Below are positions 17,483 through 27,443 of a DNA stretch of 39,198 nucleotides, in pieces. The translations under genes were made by a program, and so were the position numbers. The notes under the pieces are model-generated. The model did not search any database. It had not been told where the DNA came from and saw only the letters and a program-made list of their open reading frames with translations. This stretch comes from a virus. Its lineage: Duplodnaviria; Heunggongvirae; Uroviricota; Caudoviricetes. Every line of letters begins with the position of its first letter. The stretch's first letter is position 1. The DNA lies in the IMG/VR virus record IMGVR_UViG_2531839622_000028, one strand, 5' to 3'.

Positions 17483-18043
17483 TTACAGTTCCTCCGGCGG
17501 TTCGACCGCCGTTGTCGTGTTCCCCGGCAAATCAATATGTGCCTCAAACGGCGGCGTACCGGGCGGCTCCACAAAGGTTTCGTAATGACGCAGGAAGTCG
17601 TCCAGCGAGCTGGTATCGGTCAGCGGTGCGATCATTTCCTCGCAGGAGAAATAAAGCGCATACATCACCGCACCACTGTCCGCCTGGGTTTCGGTGTAAC
17701 CGTTGACCGCCTTTTCAAAGTAAAGCGGTGAGGTTTTTTCTGTTCTGAAGCCGTTAAGCACGGCAATCAGCCGGGCCACAATCTGATACAGTCCGGGACG
17801 GCTGGCCTCACGCCCGTTGAGCATGTCGCCGATGACGTAGAACACCCAGTGACTGACCAGGCGACCACGGGTACGGCCTTCACCGGCACCCAGCCAGGCA
17901 ACGTAGATCGCCGGGGCGTTAATCAGCATGGTGCGCAGTACGCTGTCGCTCCAGTCGCCGGGATGCGTGTCAACAGACACCAGTTCATTCCCGAAATACT
18001 CACGGATACGGGCGATGTATGCCTGTTCGGTTTCCGTAATCAT
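17483..18043 (-). CDS. Head-tail joining/tail completion protein (Mu gp37 position)
   Basis: 186-aa ORF; synteny. Confidence 0.55.
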   Translation of the reverse strand: MITETEQAYIARIREYFGNELVSVDTHPGDWSDSVLRTMLINAPAIYVAWLGAGEGRTRGRLVSHWVFYVIGDMLNGREASRPGLYQIVARLIAVLNGFRTEKTSPLYFEKAVNGYTETQADSGAVMYALYFSCEEMIAPLTDTSSLDDFLRHYETFVEPPGTPPFEAHIDLPGNTTTAVEPPEEL

Positions 18044-18459
18044 ATGAAGCCCTTCTGGTTGCGCCCGAATACCGCTGCATCAGACTGAACCTGTGGTAAA
18101 TCCCCGGATTCAGGGGCCGCACCGTTCGTATCCACACCGACCGGCACATTGCCGTTCATGACATCTTTCAGCCAGGCCAGCGCTTCACGGTAACGGTCAC
18201 GCGCCTGATCGGAGGCTCGCTGATCGCACAGGTAATAAAAGGCAATCGCGCAACAGTGCTGAACAAGAACGGCCGGAATAACCTCCAGCGGCAACGTGTA
18301 ACGGGCGGACAGATAGCTGTCGATAAGGGCTGACGCATCTGTCAGCGCCCGGTTCAGCTTGCGCGTGTCCGGCTCATCCGAACGGGGCACAGCCAGTAAC
18401 GGCCTGAGCAAATCCTCGCGGTAACGCGCCCGCATATCGGTTTCAGTGGCGTAATTCAT
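18040..18459 (-). CDS. Head completion protein (Mu gp36 position)
   Basis: 139-aa ORF; overlapping start/stop with neighbours. Confidence 0.55.
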   Translation of the reverse strand: MNYATETDMRARYREDLLRPLLAVPRSDEPDTRKLNRALTDASALIDSYLSARYTLPLEVIPAVLVQHCCAIAFYYLCDQRASDQARDRYREALAWLKDVMNGNVPVGVDTNGAAPESGDLPQVQSDAAVFGRNQKGFI

Positions 18460-18809
18460 GCGCGGGCCTTTTTCGCCTGTTTCGCTTTGTTACCGGTCTT
18501 TTTCCGGGGAGTATCCTGTCCGGCTTCGGCTAAATCTGTACCGGCCACTGCATGAACCACACCCGCCACGCTCCCCGCATCATCAGCAGGCGTCTGTAGT
18601 ATTCGCACAGTGAGGCATGGCTCCGCCTCCAGTCGGGCAAGCTGCTCCGGGGAGACCTCAACCTGCTGACGTCCACGCGTGAACAGGAACCCCGCACGAC
18701 GAAACGCCGAACGACTGCAACGCACTTCTGCCAGCACTGTGACAGAATTGTCACCACTGACCTGAAGACCTGAATCATCTGTTGCTGCCACAGTGTGATG
18801 TTCATTCAT
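18456..18809 (-). CDS. Small head-associated protein (Mu gp35 position)
   Basis: 117-aa ORF with GGAGGG upstream and a Lys-rich C-terminal tail. Confidence 0.5.
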   Translation of the reverse strand: MNEHHTVAATDDSGLQVSGDNSVTVLAEVRCSRSAFRRAGFLFTRGRQQVEVSPEQLARLEAEPCLTVRILQTPADDAGSVAGVVHAVAGTDLAEAGQDTPRKKTGNKAKQAKKARA

Positions 18810-18816
18810 ATTTGCC

Positions 18817-18835
18817 CTCCGCAGGGGCCGGGCCG
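18817..18835 (-). other. GC-rich hairpin GCCGGGC-CGTAA-GCCCGGC between the major head gene stop and the next RBS
   Basis: 7-bp perfect stem read directly; no U-tract on the minus-strand transcript side, so not a classic terminator. Confidence 0.35.
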
Positions 18836-18852
18836 TAAGCCCGGCTCACCGT

Positions 18853-19800
18853 TTACAGATAATCCGCGACAACCAGCTCCAGCTTGCCCTTCATCTCGTT
18901 AGAGACGGTTGCGTTTCCGTCTGCGAACAGTTCACGCTCCAGCAGCTGCACCGCCTGTTTTTCCAGCGAGGTGGGGACAACAATATGGGTGGGTTTGATG
19001 CCGAGTTTGCGGCCACCGTCAGCGGTAAATTCGCGCATGGCTGACCAGCCGTGCCACAGTGCATCCAGCGTCAGCGGTGACTGCATCATGTAGGCCATCT
19101 GCCAGAAGCCGTAGCCCACATTGCGACGGGCGGATGCACCAAACACAAATTCGTTATCGGTGAATGCGCGACCTTCATCGACTTTGGTCTGGGCAACCAG
19201 TTCAGCCTTACGGCGATCCTGATAAATCAGCGGTTTGATTGCGCGTGAACAGTCGAGCAGATACCAGGCAGGACCGCTGTAATCCGCTTGTGCACCGACA
19301 GAGCCGGTTTTTGCCACAAACATATTGCTGACCATCTGCGCATCCCCGGAGCCATCCACTTTGGGGTAAACAGGATGTTCGGTATCAAAGAAGTTCTGGC
19401 CGTCATAGCAGGCCGCATTAATCCCGTCACGAAGAGCAGCAAAGACCAGTTCATCCGGTTGTGCCGCAGCAGCGCGCCCCATCTCCTGGAACAACGGGGA
19501 ATAAATACCGAGGTTATCGTCTTCGAAGTCATCGCGGTTAATGGCGACGGTGCCTTCAAAGGTTTTGTTCACGATGGCATAGCCATAGGCCTTCATCTTC
19601 TCGATGACGCGGGAGCCGATCCACTCACGGAACTGCGGGAACTGCCCCAGCCAGCCGTAGGTGTTGGATTTCGACGTGGACGGTACGGTCATCGCAATTT
19701 TTTTGTACTGCGACGGGGCCATGGACATCCCGGCCTGAAAATCAGAACGGTAGCCCGTCATCAGGGCGGTGATCATCGCCGGTGTAATCGGGGTAGGCAT
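18853..19800 (-). CDS. Major head subunit (Mu T-like)
   Basis: 315-aa ORF directly downstream of the protease/scaffold gene, sharing a stop/start junction. Confidence 0.8.
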   Translation of the reverse strand: MPTPITPAMITALMTGYRSDFQAGMSMAPSQYKKIAMTVPSTSKSNTYGWLGQFPQFREWIGSRVIEKMKAYGYAIVNKTFEGTVAINRDDFEDDNLGIYSPLFQEMGRAAAAQPDELVFAALRDGINAACYDGQNFFDTEHPVYPKVDGSGDAQMVSNMFVAKTGSVGAQADYSGPAWYLLDCSRAIKPLIYQDRRKAELVAQTKVDEGRAFTDNEFVFGASARRNVGYGFWQMAYMMQSPLTLDALWHGWSAMREFTADGGRKLGIKPTHIVVPTSLEKQAVQLLERELFADGNATVSNEMKGKLELVVADYL

Positions 19801-20924
19801 TATTGCATTTCCTCTTTCATTTTCAGGAACTCGGCTTCGGTTTTACCCAGCAGTTTGGCGGCCGCGATATCTTCAGCCGACAGCACAGCGGTGGCAGTCT
19901 TTTTATCCGGCACGGTCACGGTGTCGGTCTGAAGGCCGGTCAGGGCCGCAACCGGCTGGCGGGCGTCAAGCTGTGCAGAAAGTGCCGCAACGCCAATCTG
20001 CCCGCCCAGTTGTTCCAGATAGCCGCGTTCGCTTTTGAAGATGCGCCCTTCGGATTCAGCCTTGTCCAGCACCTGCTCCAGCGTGGTGCTGCCGTGCTGC
20101 GCCGACAGCGCAACGTATTCGGTACGCAGGGCGTTATACGTTTCAACGGGCACGTATTTCGTCAGATCAATACTGCCGCCAGCCGGTGTGCCTTTTGCGG
20201 TTTCCAGCTCTGCCGACAGACTGGCGACCTGTGTTTTCAGGTTGTCGTGTGCATCCGCACGGGTTTTGATCCCGGTGAGGGCAGACAGCGCCGCCGTGCC
20301 CAGCTCCGGCGTAAATTCGTCACCGTCAGCCACGGTCAGACCGAGCGCCGTCAGCAACTGGCGTAATTGCTCATTCATGGAGGTATCCTTTAAAGGAGGG
20401 TTTAAGGCGTTATAAAGGTCATCCGCCGACAGTGCGGCGACAGGATTCATGCCGGTCAGACCGGGGTCACCGGTAATAGCCAGCATCCGAAGTTCGACAG
20501 GTTCGCCGGTGCTCTCGTCATAGCCAATCACCGGTGAAAACCAGGGGAATTCGTTATTACGCAGATGTTCAAGGGCCGGAGGGTTCCACTTCGGGCGCAC
20601 CTCGAAACCTCGCTCTTCACTGAAGCGAAAATTCTCCGGTGAGGCCATCACAAAACCGGCAGCCGGTGCCGGATGTCCCTCAATCAGGGTCTGGTGGTTG
20701 TAGTCAATTTTCACCGGCTGATTGAGCGCCACAACACGGGAGACCATGCGCTCAACGGCTGCATGGTTGATCAGCCAGCCCTCGGCCGGTTTTTCCGGGC
20801 GACCGTCACGGGCCTTTACCCGACCGGCTGGCATGATCTGACACCAGTCACCGTCCCCGTCTGCGGACAGGCTGATGGCATTCAGAATGGCATAAGCAAG
20901 TTTGGGCGTGTTTTTCGTCTTCAT
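19800..20924 (-). CDS. Prohead protease with C-terminal scaffold region (Mu I-like)
   Basis: 374-aa ORF; Ala/Leu-rich helical C-terminal half consistent with a scaffold; position upstream of the capsid gene. Confidence 0.75.
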   Translation of the reverse strand: MKTKNTPKLAYAILNAISLSADGDGDWCQIMPAGRVKARDGRPEKPAEGWLINHAAVERMVSRVVALNQPVKIDYNHQTLIEGHPAPAAGFVMASPENFRFSEERGFEVRPKWNPPALEHLRNNEFPWFSPVIGYDESTGEPVELRMLAITGDPGLTGMNPVAALSADDLYNALNPPLKDTSMNEQLRQLLTALGLTVADGDEFTPELGTAALSALTGIKTRADAHDNLKTQVASLSAELETAKGTPAGGSIDLTKYVPVETYNALRTEYVALSAQHGSTTLEQVLDKAESEGRIFKSERGYLEQLGGQIGVAALSAQLDARQPVAALTGLQTDTVTVPDKKTATAVLSAEDIAAAKLLGKTEAEFLKMKEEMQ

Positions 20925-21100
20925 TCCGGCAGCATAGGCCGGGAATTTTCAGGGCGGGTTTTGCGGGATTTCAGGAAGTGCTTCCAGGGGAAAAATACAA
21001 AGGCGCTTCACGCAGATTTTAAAGCCCGTTAAATACAGGTTAGAAAATCACGACACGCGCCTGAAGGGGGTAAGGTAATGCATTTGCATACCTTAAACAA
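20925..21100. other. Non-coding spacer between the G-like and I-like genes; candidate strong gyrase site by position
   Basis: About 176 bp without a convincing ORF near the centre of the prophage; contains the near-palindrome AAGGTAATGCATTTGCATACCTT; Mu carries its strong gyrase site in the G-I spacer. Confidence 0.25.
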
Positions 21101-21574
21101 TTAAGGCGTTTCTGTGGCCTTTTTAAAGCGTTTTCTGATTTCGTCCATGATCTCCTGCTCTGCCACCTGATCAAAGCCCATATACGGACGTGCACCAATG
21201 GCCGCCGGTCCCGGCGGCATACCTGGCAGGCCACCCCACTGATGAATGGCCGCATAAGGCTCATTTGATCCAATCAGCGCCCAGGTGTCGCCATAATCCG
21301 TGGTCAGGCGTCGGGCCAGATCGCCGTTCAGCGTCAGGATTTTGCCGGGCATGTATCCCTTACGGGTACGCCACTTGCGGTAAGGATCTGACCAGTCATG
21401 CCAGCGTTCGCCGTCCGGCTCTTTTTCCTGTTCAAACGCCATTTCTGACGATGACAGAAGGCTGGACGCCACACTGCGGGCCAGGTCTTTTCCGCCACCC
21501 ACAAACTGAAGCCGGGCAAAGACCCGCTGGAGACGCGTAACGTCAACAACGACGGCGGCATCAATGGATGACAT
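21101..21574 (-). CDS. Virion morphogenesis protein (Mu G-like)
   Basis: 157-aa ORF between the F-like and I-like genes; synteny. Confidence 0.65.
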   Translation of the reverse strand: MSSIDAAVVVDVTRLQRVFARLQFVGGGKDLARSVASSLLSSSEMAFEQEKEPDGERWHDWSDPYRKWRTRKGYMPGKILTLNGDLARRLTTDYGDTWALIGSNEPYAAIHQWGGLPGMPPGPAAIGARPYMGFDQVAEQEIMDEIRKRFKKATETP

Positions 21575-21695
21575 ATTGCCTCCGTATAAAATATGAATAT
21601 AAAATAAGCAGGCGGTCAGTGTACGCTTAACTGGTAAAGTCGGTGCCTGCCTCCGGGTGGATCATGTATGCGGGTTCGACCCCCGCCACTGACCG

Positions 21696-23027
21696 TTAAT
21701 CAATATCTCCTTCCAGTACCTCAAGCATTCCGCCCCGGATATCCGATTTCAGCTTATCCATATTGATAACCCGGTAAGCATTAACAATCACATCCAGTTT
21801 ATCCGGCTGACGCTTCAGGCTGTACGGTGCATTAACGGCAATCTGCACACTGCCATCCTGATTTTCCACGATATACATCAGATTGTTGTGCCGTTTGTCC
21901 CACAGTACCGCTTTTGGCCTTGCCAGCATTGCCGGTAAGCGCCCGAAATCCTCCGGTGTCAGGGCGATACCGTCATTCTGATGTTTCATGCTGTCCGCAT
22001 GGAGCACATTTTTACCGCTCATCGCCAGCAGGCGGGCCGGTGGCGTTCCCGTCCGGCTTTCCACCGCCTGCGCAATGCTTTCGGTCATAAAGCCCAGCGT
22101 GCGGATATCGTTACCGCCTCGCCGGGTTTTCATGATGTTTTTTGCCCAGATGCGGAACGCCAGCTGCCGCTCCGGGCTGTTGTTCATCTCCTGAACCACC
22201 ATTTCCCGTAACGCCGGGCTTTTCACCTCGATCAACTTGCGGAGCAGCGCCTGGTCTGTGCCGAACGCCGCCGAACCGGGGTTATATGACCAGCCCACAT
22301 CCGGTGTCATGGTTCTGGTGCCATCTGAATATGTGGTCACCGGCATTTCTCTGACTTCTCCGGTCTGCTTATCCACGCCAGCCTCAACATTGCGGGTGGA
22401 AAGATGATCCTGACCGGATGAAACGGATAACCCCATTGCATCCAGACGGGTCTGAGACAATGGCCGGACACGGCAGCGGCAGTTCCAGCCATTGGGTGGG
22501 TAGTGTGTATTCCAGAACGGATCGTCATAGCGGAATACCAGACCGTTAAGGGCGGAATGCGCCGGGCGGGTGCGGCTGTCCATCACCGCCACATACTGCC
22601 AGAACGGATGCGTGTCCGTGTTGTTCATCATCTGCGTGTAACGCCCGGCATTGTAAGCCACGCGGGTGTTCACGTTGTAAATCAGCGCCAGACGGCGGGG
22701 ACAGCCCAGCTGCACTTCTTCTGCGTTACCGGCGCTGTCCACCACAATCTGCTTTCCCCACCATCCCAGCTTTTGCAGGCGGGGGGTCAGTGTGCGGATA
22801 AATGCTTTCTGTGAAATCCCCTCATCAATGGCCCGTTGCACTTCCGCCTGTAGTGTGGTCAGTACGTCCAGGCGTGCCACTTTTGCCGCCGTGAACGAAC
22901 GGGCATGAACATCCGCGTCTGTTTCGAACCAGTTCCAGCTGATATGCGCCCCTTTGGCGCGGAAGTATGCCACCGCCTCTTTTGAGGGAAGCGTGGCGGC
23001 ATAACCTAAATCAATCCCCTGTGCCAT
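21696..23027 (-). CDS. Head morphogenesis protein (Mu F-like)
   Basis: 443-aa ORF directly downstream of the portal gene with overlapping junction. Confidence 0.75.
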   Translation of the reverse strand: MAQGIDLGYAATLPSKEAVAYFRAKGAHISWNWFETDADVHARSFTAAKVARLDVLTTLQAEVQRAIDEGISQKAFIRTLTPRLQKLGWWGKQIVVDSAGNAEEVQLGCPRRLALIYNVNTRVAYNAGRYTQMMNNTDTHPFWQYVAVMDSRTRPAHSALNGLVFRYDDPFWNTHYPPNGWNCRCRVRPLSQTRLDAMGLSVSSGQDHLSTRNVEAGVDKQTGEVREMPVTTYSDGTRTMTPDVGWSYNPGSAAFGTDQALLRKLIEVKSPALREMVVQEMNNSPERQLAFRIWAKNIMKTRRGGNDIRTLGFMTESIAQAVESRTGTPPARLLAMSGKNVLHADSMKHQNDGIALTPEDFGRLPAMLARPKAVLWDKRHNNLMYIVENQDGSVQIAVNAPYSLKRQPDKLDVIVNAYRVINMDKLKSDIRGGMLEVLEGDID

Positions 23028-24609
23028 CCAGCATCCCCTTCATTTCCGCAGCAAACATGGCATCACTGAGCAGCGTCATCAGGCGGGAATCATCCATTTC
23101 ACGGTAAAGGGCAGGCAGGTCTGCCAGTGCCTCCGCCAGCCCCCGCGTTCTGATGGCATCAATGACCGGCTCCAGTACCGGGTCGATGGCCTCCTGTAAC
23201 CGGCGGGCAGGCACCGCATCCCCCATGTCGTCCAGTTCATCTCGGGGGCTGCTTTTCGCTTCCGGCAGTCTGGCAGCCAGCGCTGTCTGCTCTGTCTTCT
23301 CCTGTTTTTCCGGTGGCATCTCTTTGTCTGTCTGAGCAGGTTCATTGCCACTCTGACGGACACGGAAGATGGCTTCACCGGGGGCAGGCTGTGGAATACC
23401 GGTCTGCTCCCGTACCCAGGGATCAGGAATATCCATCCCCGTACTGAGCTGCATCACCGCACTGGTGATTTTGGTGATATCCCCCGGCTCTTTTGTCTGG
23501 AAACAGATACGCGGCAGGCGACGGATATCAATGGCGTGGGCGGTGTTCAGGGCATACAGCGGATACACCAGATCGCGGTTCAGCGTGGCGGCCAGCTGAC
23601 GTAAATCAGAATCCCTGATTTCCCGGCGCACCTCGTTATGCACTTCACCCAGCGAACGTGCGCCCTTGTCTCCGGCTTCCGTGGTCAGCGTGCCGCCGAG
23701 GATAGCTTTGGAGATGGAACGCTCCCCCCACGAAATCATGGTTTCAAACGGATCGGCCTGACCGTTCGCTGCCGCCTGAAACTCCAGCGACATCCCGGCC
23801 GGGATGATCCCGCCTGTACGTCGACCGATATCCATCACCGCCCGCATCAGGGCGCTTTTCTGCTCCGGTGTTGCCCCGGAGGGGTATTTACCGACCTTCA
23901 TCGGCAGGCCGTACACCTCCAGAAATTCAGCCAGATCGCGCACGGAATAGTTTTTGAAAATGAACGGCCAGATAAGCGTTCTGACAAGCCCCGTCGCACC
24001 ACCGTAGCCGGTGCGTGAACGTGACTGATGCACTATCCAGCCAAAGGGCTGAAACGCCACCCCGGCATGGCTGCCGTCACGCAGCCGCAGTTCGCTCAAA
24101 TCATCCGGGTTAAGGCAGAAATGCCCGCTGTCACGCCAGCGGATGGCGCGGATGATGTGCATTTTACCGAGCATCCCGTGCTCAATCTCCATGCAGGAAT
24201 AGCCTTTCAGGATGGCATCGGTGGCATCAAACAGCATGGCATCAAACCAGTCGGCGGAATGCAGATATTCGTCGAGCATTTCCGCGTCCTTTTTCTCATT
24301 CGCGCTGGCGTTCGGGGGCGGCTCAATACTCCAGGGCACGCCCTGAATGGCAAGACGTCGCTTGCCCAGCTCTGCAAAAAGGTGGGTATCCTTTTCTTCA
24401 ATGTCAGCGGCCAGATCGGACTGGGCAATCAGATCGCCACGTTCAGCCCCGCGAAGGCACTGTGCCGCCCGGTTCGGGGTGATACCCGAGGCCGGATGTT
24501 CAATATAACGGCTGGCAATCTGCGGAATATCCAGCGCGGCGCTCTGCATCTCCGGGTCAAAGGAGAAAGGTTTTCCGTCAAGATCAATTATACGTCCCAC
24601 TACCAGCAC
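23011..24609 (-). CDS. Portal protein (Mu gp29-like)
   Basis: 532-aa ORF immediately after the terminase large subunit, overlapping its stop. Confidence 0.8.
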   Translation of the reverse strand: MLVVGRIIDLDGKPFSFDPEMQSAALDIPQIASRYIEHPASGITPNRAAQCLRGAERGDLIAQSDLAADIEEKDTHLFAELGKRRLAIQGVPWSIEPPPNASANEKKDAEMLDEYLHSADWFDAMLFDATDAILKGYSCMEIEHGMLGKMHIIRAIRWRDSGHFCLNPDDLSELRLRDGSHAGVAFQPFGWIVHQSRSRTGYGGATGLVRTLIWPFIFKNYSVRDLAEFLEVYGLPMKVGKYPSGATPEQKSALMRAVMDIGRRTGGIIPAGMSLEFQAAANGQADPFETMISWGERSISKAILGGTLTTEAGDKGARSLGEVHNEVRREIRDSDLRQLAATLNRDLVYPLYALNTAHAIDIRRLPRICFQTKEPGDITKITSAVMQLSTGMDIPDPWVREQTGIPQPAPGEAIFRVRQSGNEPAQTDKEMPPEKQEKTEQTALAARLPEAKSSPRDELDDMGDAVPARRLQEAIDPVLEPVIDAIRTRGLAEALADLPALYREMDDSRLMTLLSDAMFAAEMKGMLDGTGD

Positions 24610-26264
24610 CCCCGATCAAATTCATGATATGCCTCATCGTCATCACGATAACCGCCCTCCATGGCCCGCGACCGCTCCGGCAGCGCCTGACAGGCTGATT
24701 CATCCAGGATGAAGCCCTCCATGTATGACGCCCGGTTTGCCATACAGAGCGCCACGGCAAAATCGCCATGGCGGCGGGCGTTCACAGCCGTTGCGTTCTG
24801 GTCCTTCGTACGCCCCTTGTCAATTTGCGGGATACCGTTCACCACCTTCACATGGCGCAAATCATCAAGCGTGGTCTGATGGCGGGCGACGAGGATATTC
24901 TGATCCTCAAACTCGGCCTTCAGTTTTGGCATCCACTCGCCGTACCACTTCGGCGATAACATCACGCAGTCGATGATGTCCGGGCCAAAGGCCAGCAGCG
25001 CGGCTTCGGCCAGATAGCCGCCGTTACCGGTGGCGTCGAACGCCGCACCGACCAGCGCCGGAACGCGGGTCAGGATGTACATCATCACCTGCTCCTGCTG
25101 GGCATACGGCAGGTTGCGCAGCTCCACGCGAAACACCTCGCGTTTTGCCAGGGATTCAGTGATTTCCAGCAGCACAAAGCAGGAGAGGTCACCGATGCGG
25201 GCAAAGTCTTCCCCGAAGCTGAAGCGGGAACGGGGATTTAACGCCTCTAAAAGCGGTTTTAAATGTTCTTCACACCAGGTTAAAACCTCCGATTCACGCA
25301 GCCATGCGGCACGGCTGATGAAGTCGTCCGGGGCTTCAAACGTCAGAATCGGGATGTCGCGGAGCATCGCCATTTCAATAAGCGCGTGAGGAATATAGGC
25401 ACCGCCGGATTTTTTCGGGATACAGCCGTATTCCTCGTCGGCATCCTCACGGGTCGGGGCGTTTTTGTAGAGATCATCACGCCACTTCTGCTCGCTTTCC
25501 GGTGACCATTCGCGGCCGGTGACATAACAGATACGACGGTACAGCCCGTCCGCAATGGCATCATCCAGGGTAATGCGGTGGACGCTGTAATCCTTGCGCC
25601 CCTCGCGGGCTTCCTGAATGTACTGATTAAACAGATTATCGACGCCGTTATGCGTGGAGATAATACGCACGCGCGCGCCCCACATGGTGAGCGCCATTGC
25701 CGCCTTGAGAAGCTCATCCAGTGACTCGTGGAACGCGGCTTCATCAATCACCACATCCCCCTGAAGGCCGCGCAGGTTTGACGGACGGGAAGACAGTGCC
25801 TGAATTTTGAATCCACTGTTCGGAAAGCGGATCATGTAGGTCAGAATTTCTTCTTTTTTATCCCGATCCCAGAAGGTCTGCTCATACACATCAGCATCTG
25901 CCAGCTGGTTAAAGGCACGGGAGAACAGTGCGCAGGCAGAAATATATTCCAGCGCCATCTCCTGCTTTGACCCCACATAAAACACATTGCGGCCACCACG
26001 CCGCTTAGGCTTTGCGGCGGTAATGACGTTACGCCCGGCTTCCGCCCAGGTAAGCCCGGTGCGGCGGGATTTTTCCGCGATGCAGACCTCGCTTTCATCC
26101 TCAAACCAGCGGGCCTGATAATCCAGAAATACCGGCATATCACCGGGCAAATCAAGGCTGTCCGGCACATCCACGCCCAGCAGGGCTTTTTCACCGGCCA
26201 GATCAATTTTGCGGGTGGAGACGGTATTCGTCAGTAAGGGGGAGAGTTCTTCGGCGTTATTCAT
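24600..26264 (-). CDS. Terminase large subunit (Mu gp28-like)
   Basis: 554-aa ORF with ATPase-like N-terminal half and acidic motifs in the C-terminal half; position before the portal. Confidence 0.8.
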   Translation of the reverse strand: MNNAEELSPLLTNTVSTRKIDLAGEKALLGVDVPDSLDLPGDMPVFLDYQARWFEDESEVCIAEKSRRTGLTWAEAGRNVITAAKPKRRGGRNVFYVGSKQEMALEYISACALFSRAFNQLADADVYEQTFWDRDKKEEILTYMIRFPNSGFKIQALSSRPSNLRGLQGDVVIDEAAFHESLDELLKAAMALTMWGARVRIISTHNGVDNLFNQYIQEAREGRKDYSVHRITLDDAIADGLYRRICYVTGREWSPESEQKWRDDLYKNAPTREDADEEYGCIPKKSGGAYIPHALIEMAMLRDIPILTFEAPDDFISRAAWLRESEVLTWCEEHLKPLLEALNPRSRFSFGEDFARIGDLSCFVLLEITESLAKREVFRVELRNLPYAQQEQVMMYILTRVPALVGAAFDATGNGGYLAEAALLAFGPDIIDCVMLSPKWYGEWMPKLKAEFEDQNILVARHQTTLDDLRHVKVVNGIPQIDKGRTKDQNATAVNARRHGDFAVALCMANRASYMEGFILDESACQALPERSRAMEGGYRDDDEAYHEFDRGCW

Positions 26265-26845
26265 CAGGCTTTACCCAACAGAATCCCCTTAATACGGGAC
26301 TCAAGCTGTTCACTCATCCCGTCCACGCCGCGCAGCTCGTCGGTGACGGCGTTTGCCATCTCTTCAGCAAATGCAGCCCGGATTTCTTTTTCACGCTTAA
26401 TGCTGCGCTCGGCGGCACTTTCCGCACGCTGTGCTGACAGGAGGATGTCCTTAATAAGACGCATATCCACGTCGCTGTCACTGTTCAGGGATTCGGTCGC
26501 GGCACGCAGACGGCGGTACATCAGGGCGCGGGACATCTCCAGAATCAGCGCTGTGGTTTCACCGGTTGGCTTGTCTCCCAGTTCGGCCATCATGGCTTTT
26601 GTCTGCTCGCGTAAATCACGCAGGTTACGGGCAATCAGCTCATTACGGGAGGCTTCCCGGCTGATGGCCGCCGGTGAAAGCTGCTGCTCTTCCGGCAGGC
26701 CCGCCTCACGGATCAGACGGTTGATTTCCTCGCGTATCTGGACCTGCGTCAGACGTTTTTCACGCAGCATTTCCAGCAGTGGCTTACGGATGCTGTCGGG
26801 GAGCAAATCCACCTTGCGCACGCGTCCACGCGTCGGCTTGTCCAT
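26264..26845 (-). CDS. Small terminase-like protein (Mu gp27 position)
   Basis: 193-aa helical, charged ORF directly upstream of the large terminase with stop/start overlap. Confidence 0.6.
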   Translation of the reverse strand: MDKPTRGRVRKVDLLPDSIRKPLLEMLREKRLTQVQIREEINRLIREAGLPEEQQLSPAAISREASRNELIARNLRDLREQTKAMMAELGDKPTGETTALILEMSRALMYRRLRAATESLNSDSDVDMRLIKDILLSAQRAESAAERSIKREKEIRAAFAEEMANAVTDELRGVDGMSEQLESRIKGILLGKA

Positions 26846-26847
26846 CG

Positions 26848-27138
26848 TTACCCCCTTGCGCGTGGTTTCTTCACACCCGGAACGCTGGCGCGACCTTCCG
26901 CCACATCCTGACCCCGGCCGGTCAGTTCGGCGATGAAATAACCGTTAACGAGCGTGCGCTTACGCACCAGTCCCTGCTCGGCAAGCCAGGCAATGTGGGT
27001 GTGAACGGTGTCGCGGGACACGCGGTGGCCGTAATCATCCAGACAGTCCTGGAGCACGGATTCACCCAGTTCACCGTTGTAATCTGCCAGCGACCGCAGA
27101 ATGACCAGACGCTGATCTTCAGTAATGAAATCACTCAT
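26848..27138 (-). CDS. Hypothetical protein (Mu gp26 position), possible winged-helix fold
   Basis: 96-aa ORF, tightly packed with neighbours. Confidence 0.45.
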   Translation of the reverse strand: MSDFITEDQRLVILRSLADYNGELGESVLQDCLDDYGHRVSRDTVHTHIAWLAEQGLVRKRTLVNGYFIAELTGRGQDVAEGRASVPGVKKPRARG

Positions 27139-27443
27139 TGCGTTTTTTTCCTTACAGCCTGCTCCAGCAGCAGTTCGTTCTGATAGGAGACAGAGCGGAG
27201 CGTGGCGTTCGTGGTTTTCAGTTCACCCCGCAGGGTCACGATTTCCACATTCAGACGGTTGACCTCGGCTTCTGTCGGCAGTGACGACAGGCGGGTTTCC
27301 ACCTTCTCAACGCGGTCGGAGAGTTTTTCAAAGGCCTCGCGGGGGACAAACGTTTTGCGCATCAGCGCCATGAATATCCCGCCAGCGGTTGCCGTCGCCG
27401 AAAGGATCGGCACAACATAATCTTTAACGATGCTGACCCACAT
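27135..27443 (-). CDS. Membrane-anchored coiled-coil protein, hypothetical
   Basis: 102-aa ORF with an N-terminal hydrophobic helix followed by charged heptad-like sequence. Confidence 0.45.
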   Translation of the reverse strand: MWVSIVKDYVVPILSATATAGGIFMALMRKTFVPREAFEKLSDRVEKVETRLSSLPTEAEVNRLNVEIVTLRGELKTTNATLRSVSYQNELLLEQAVRKKTQ

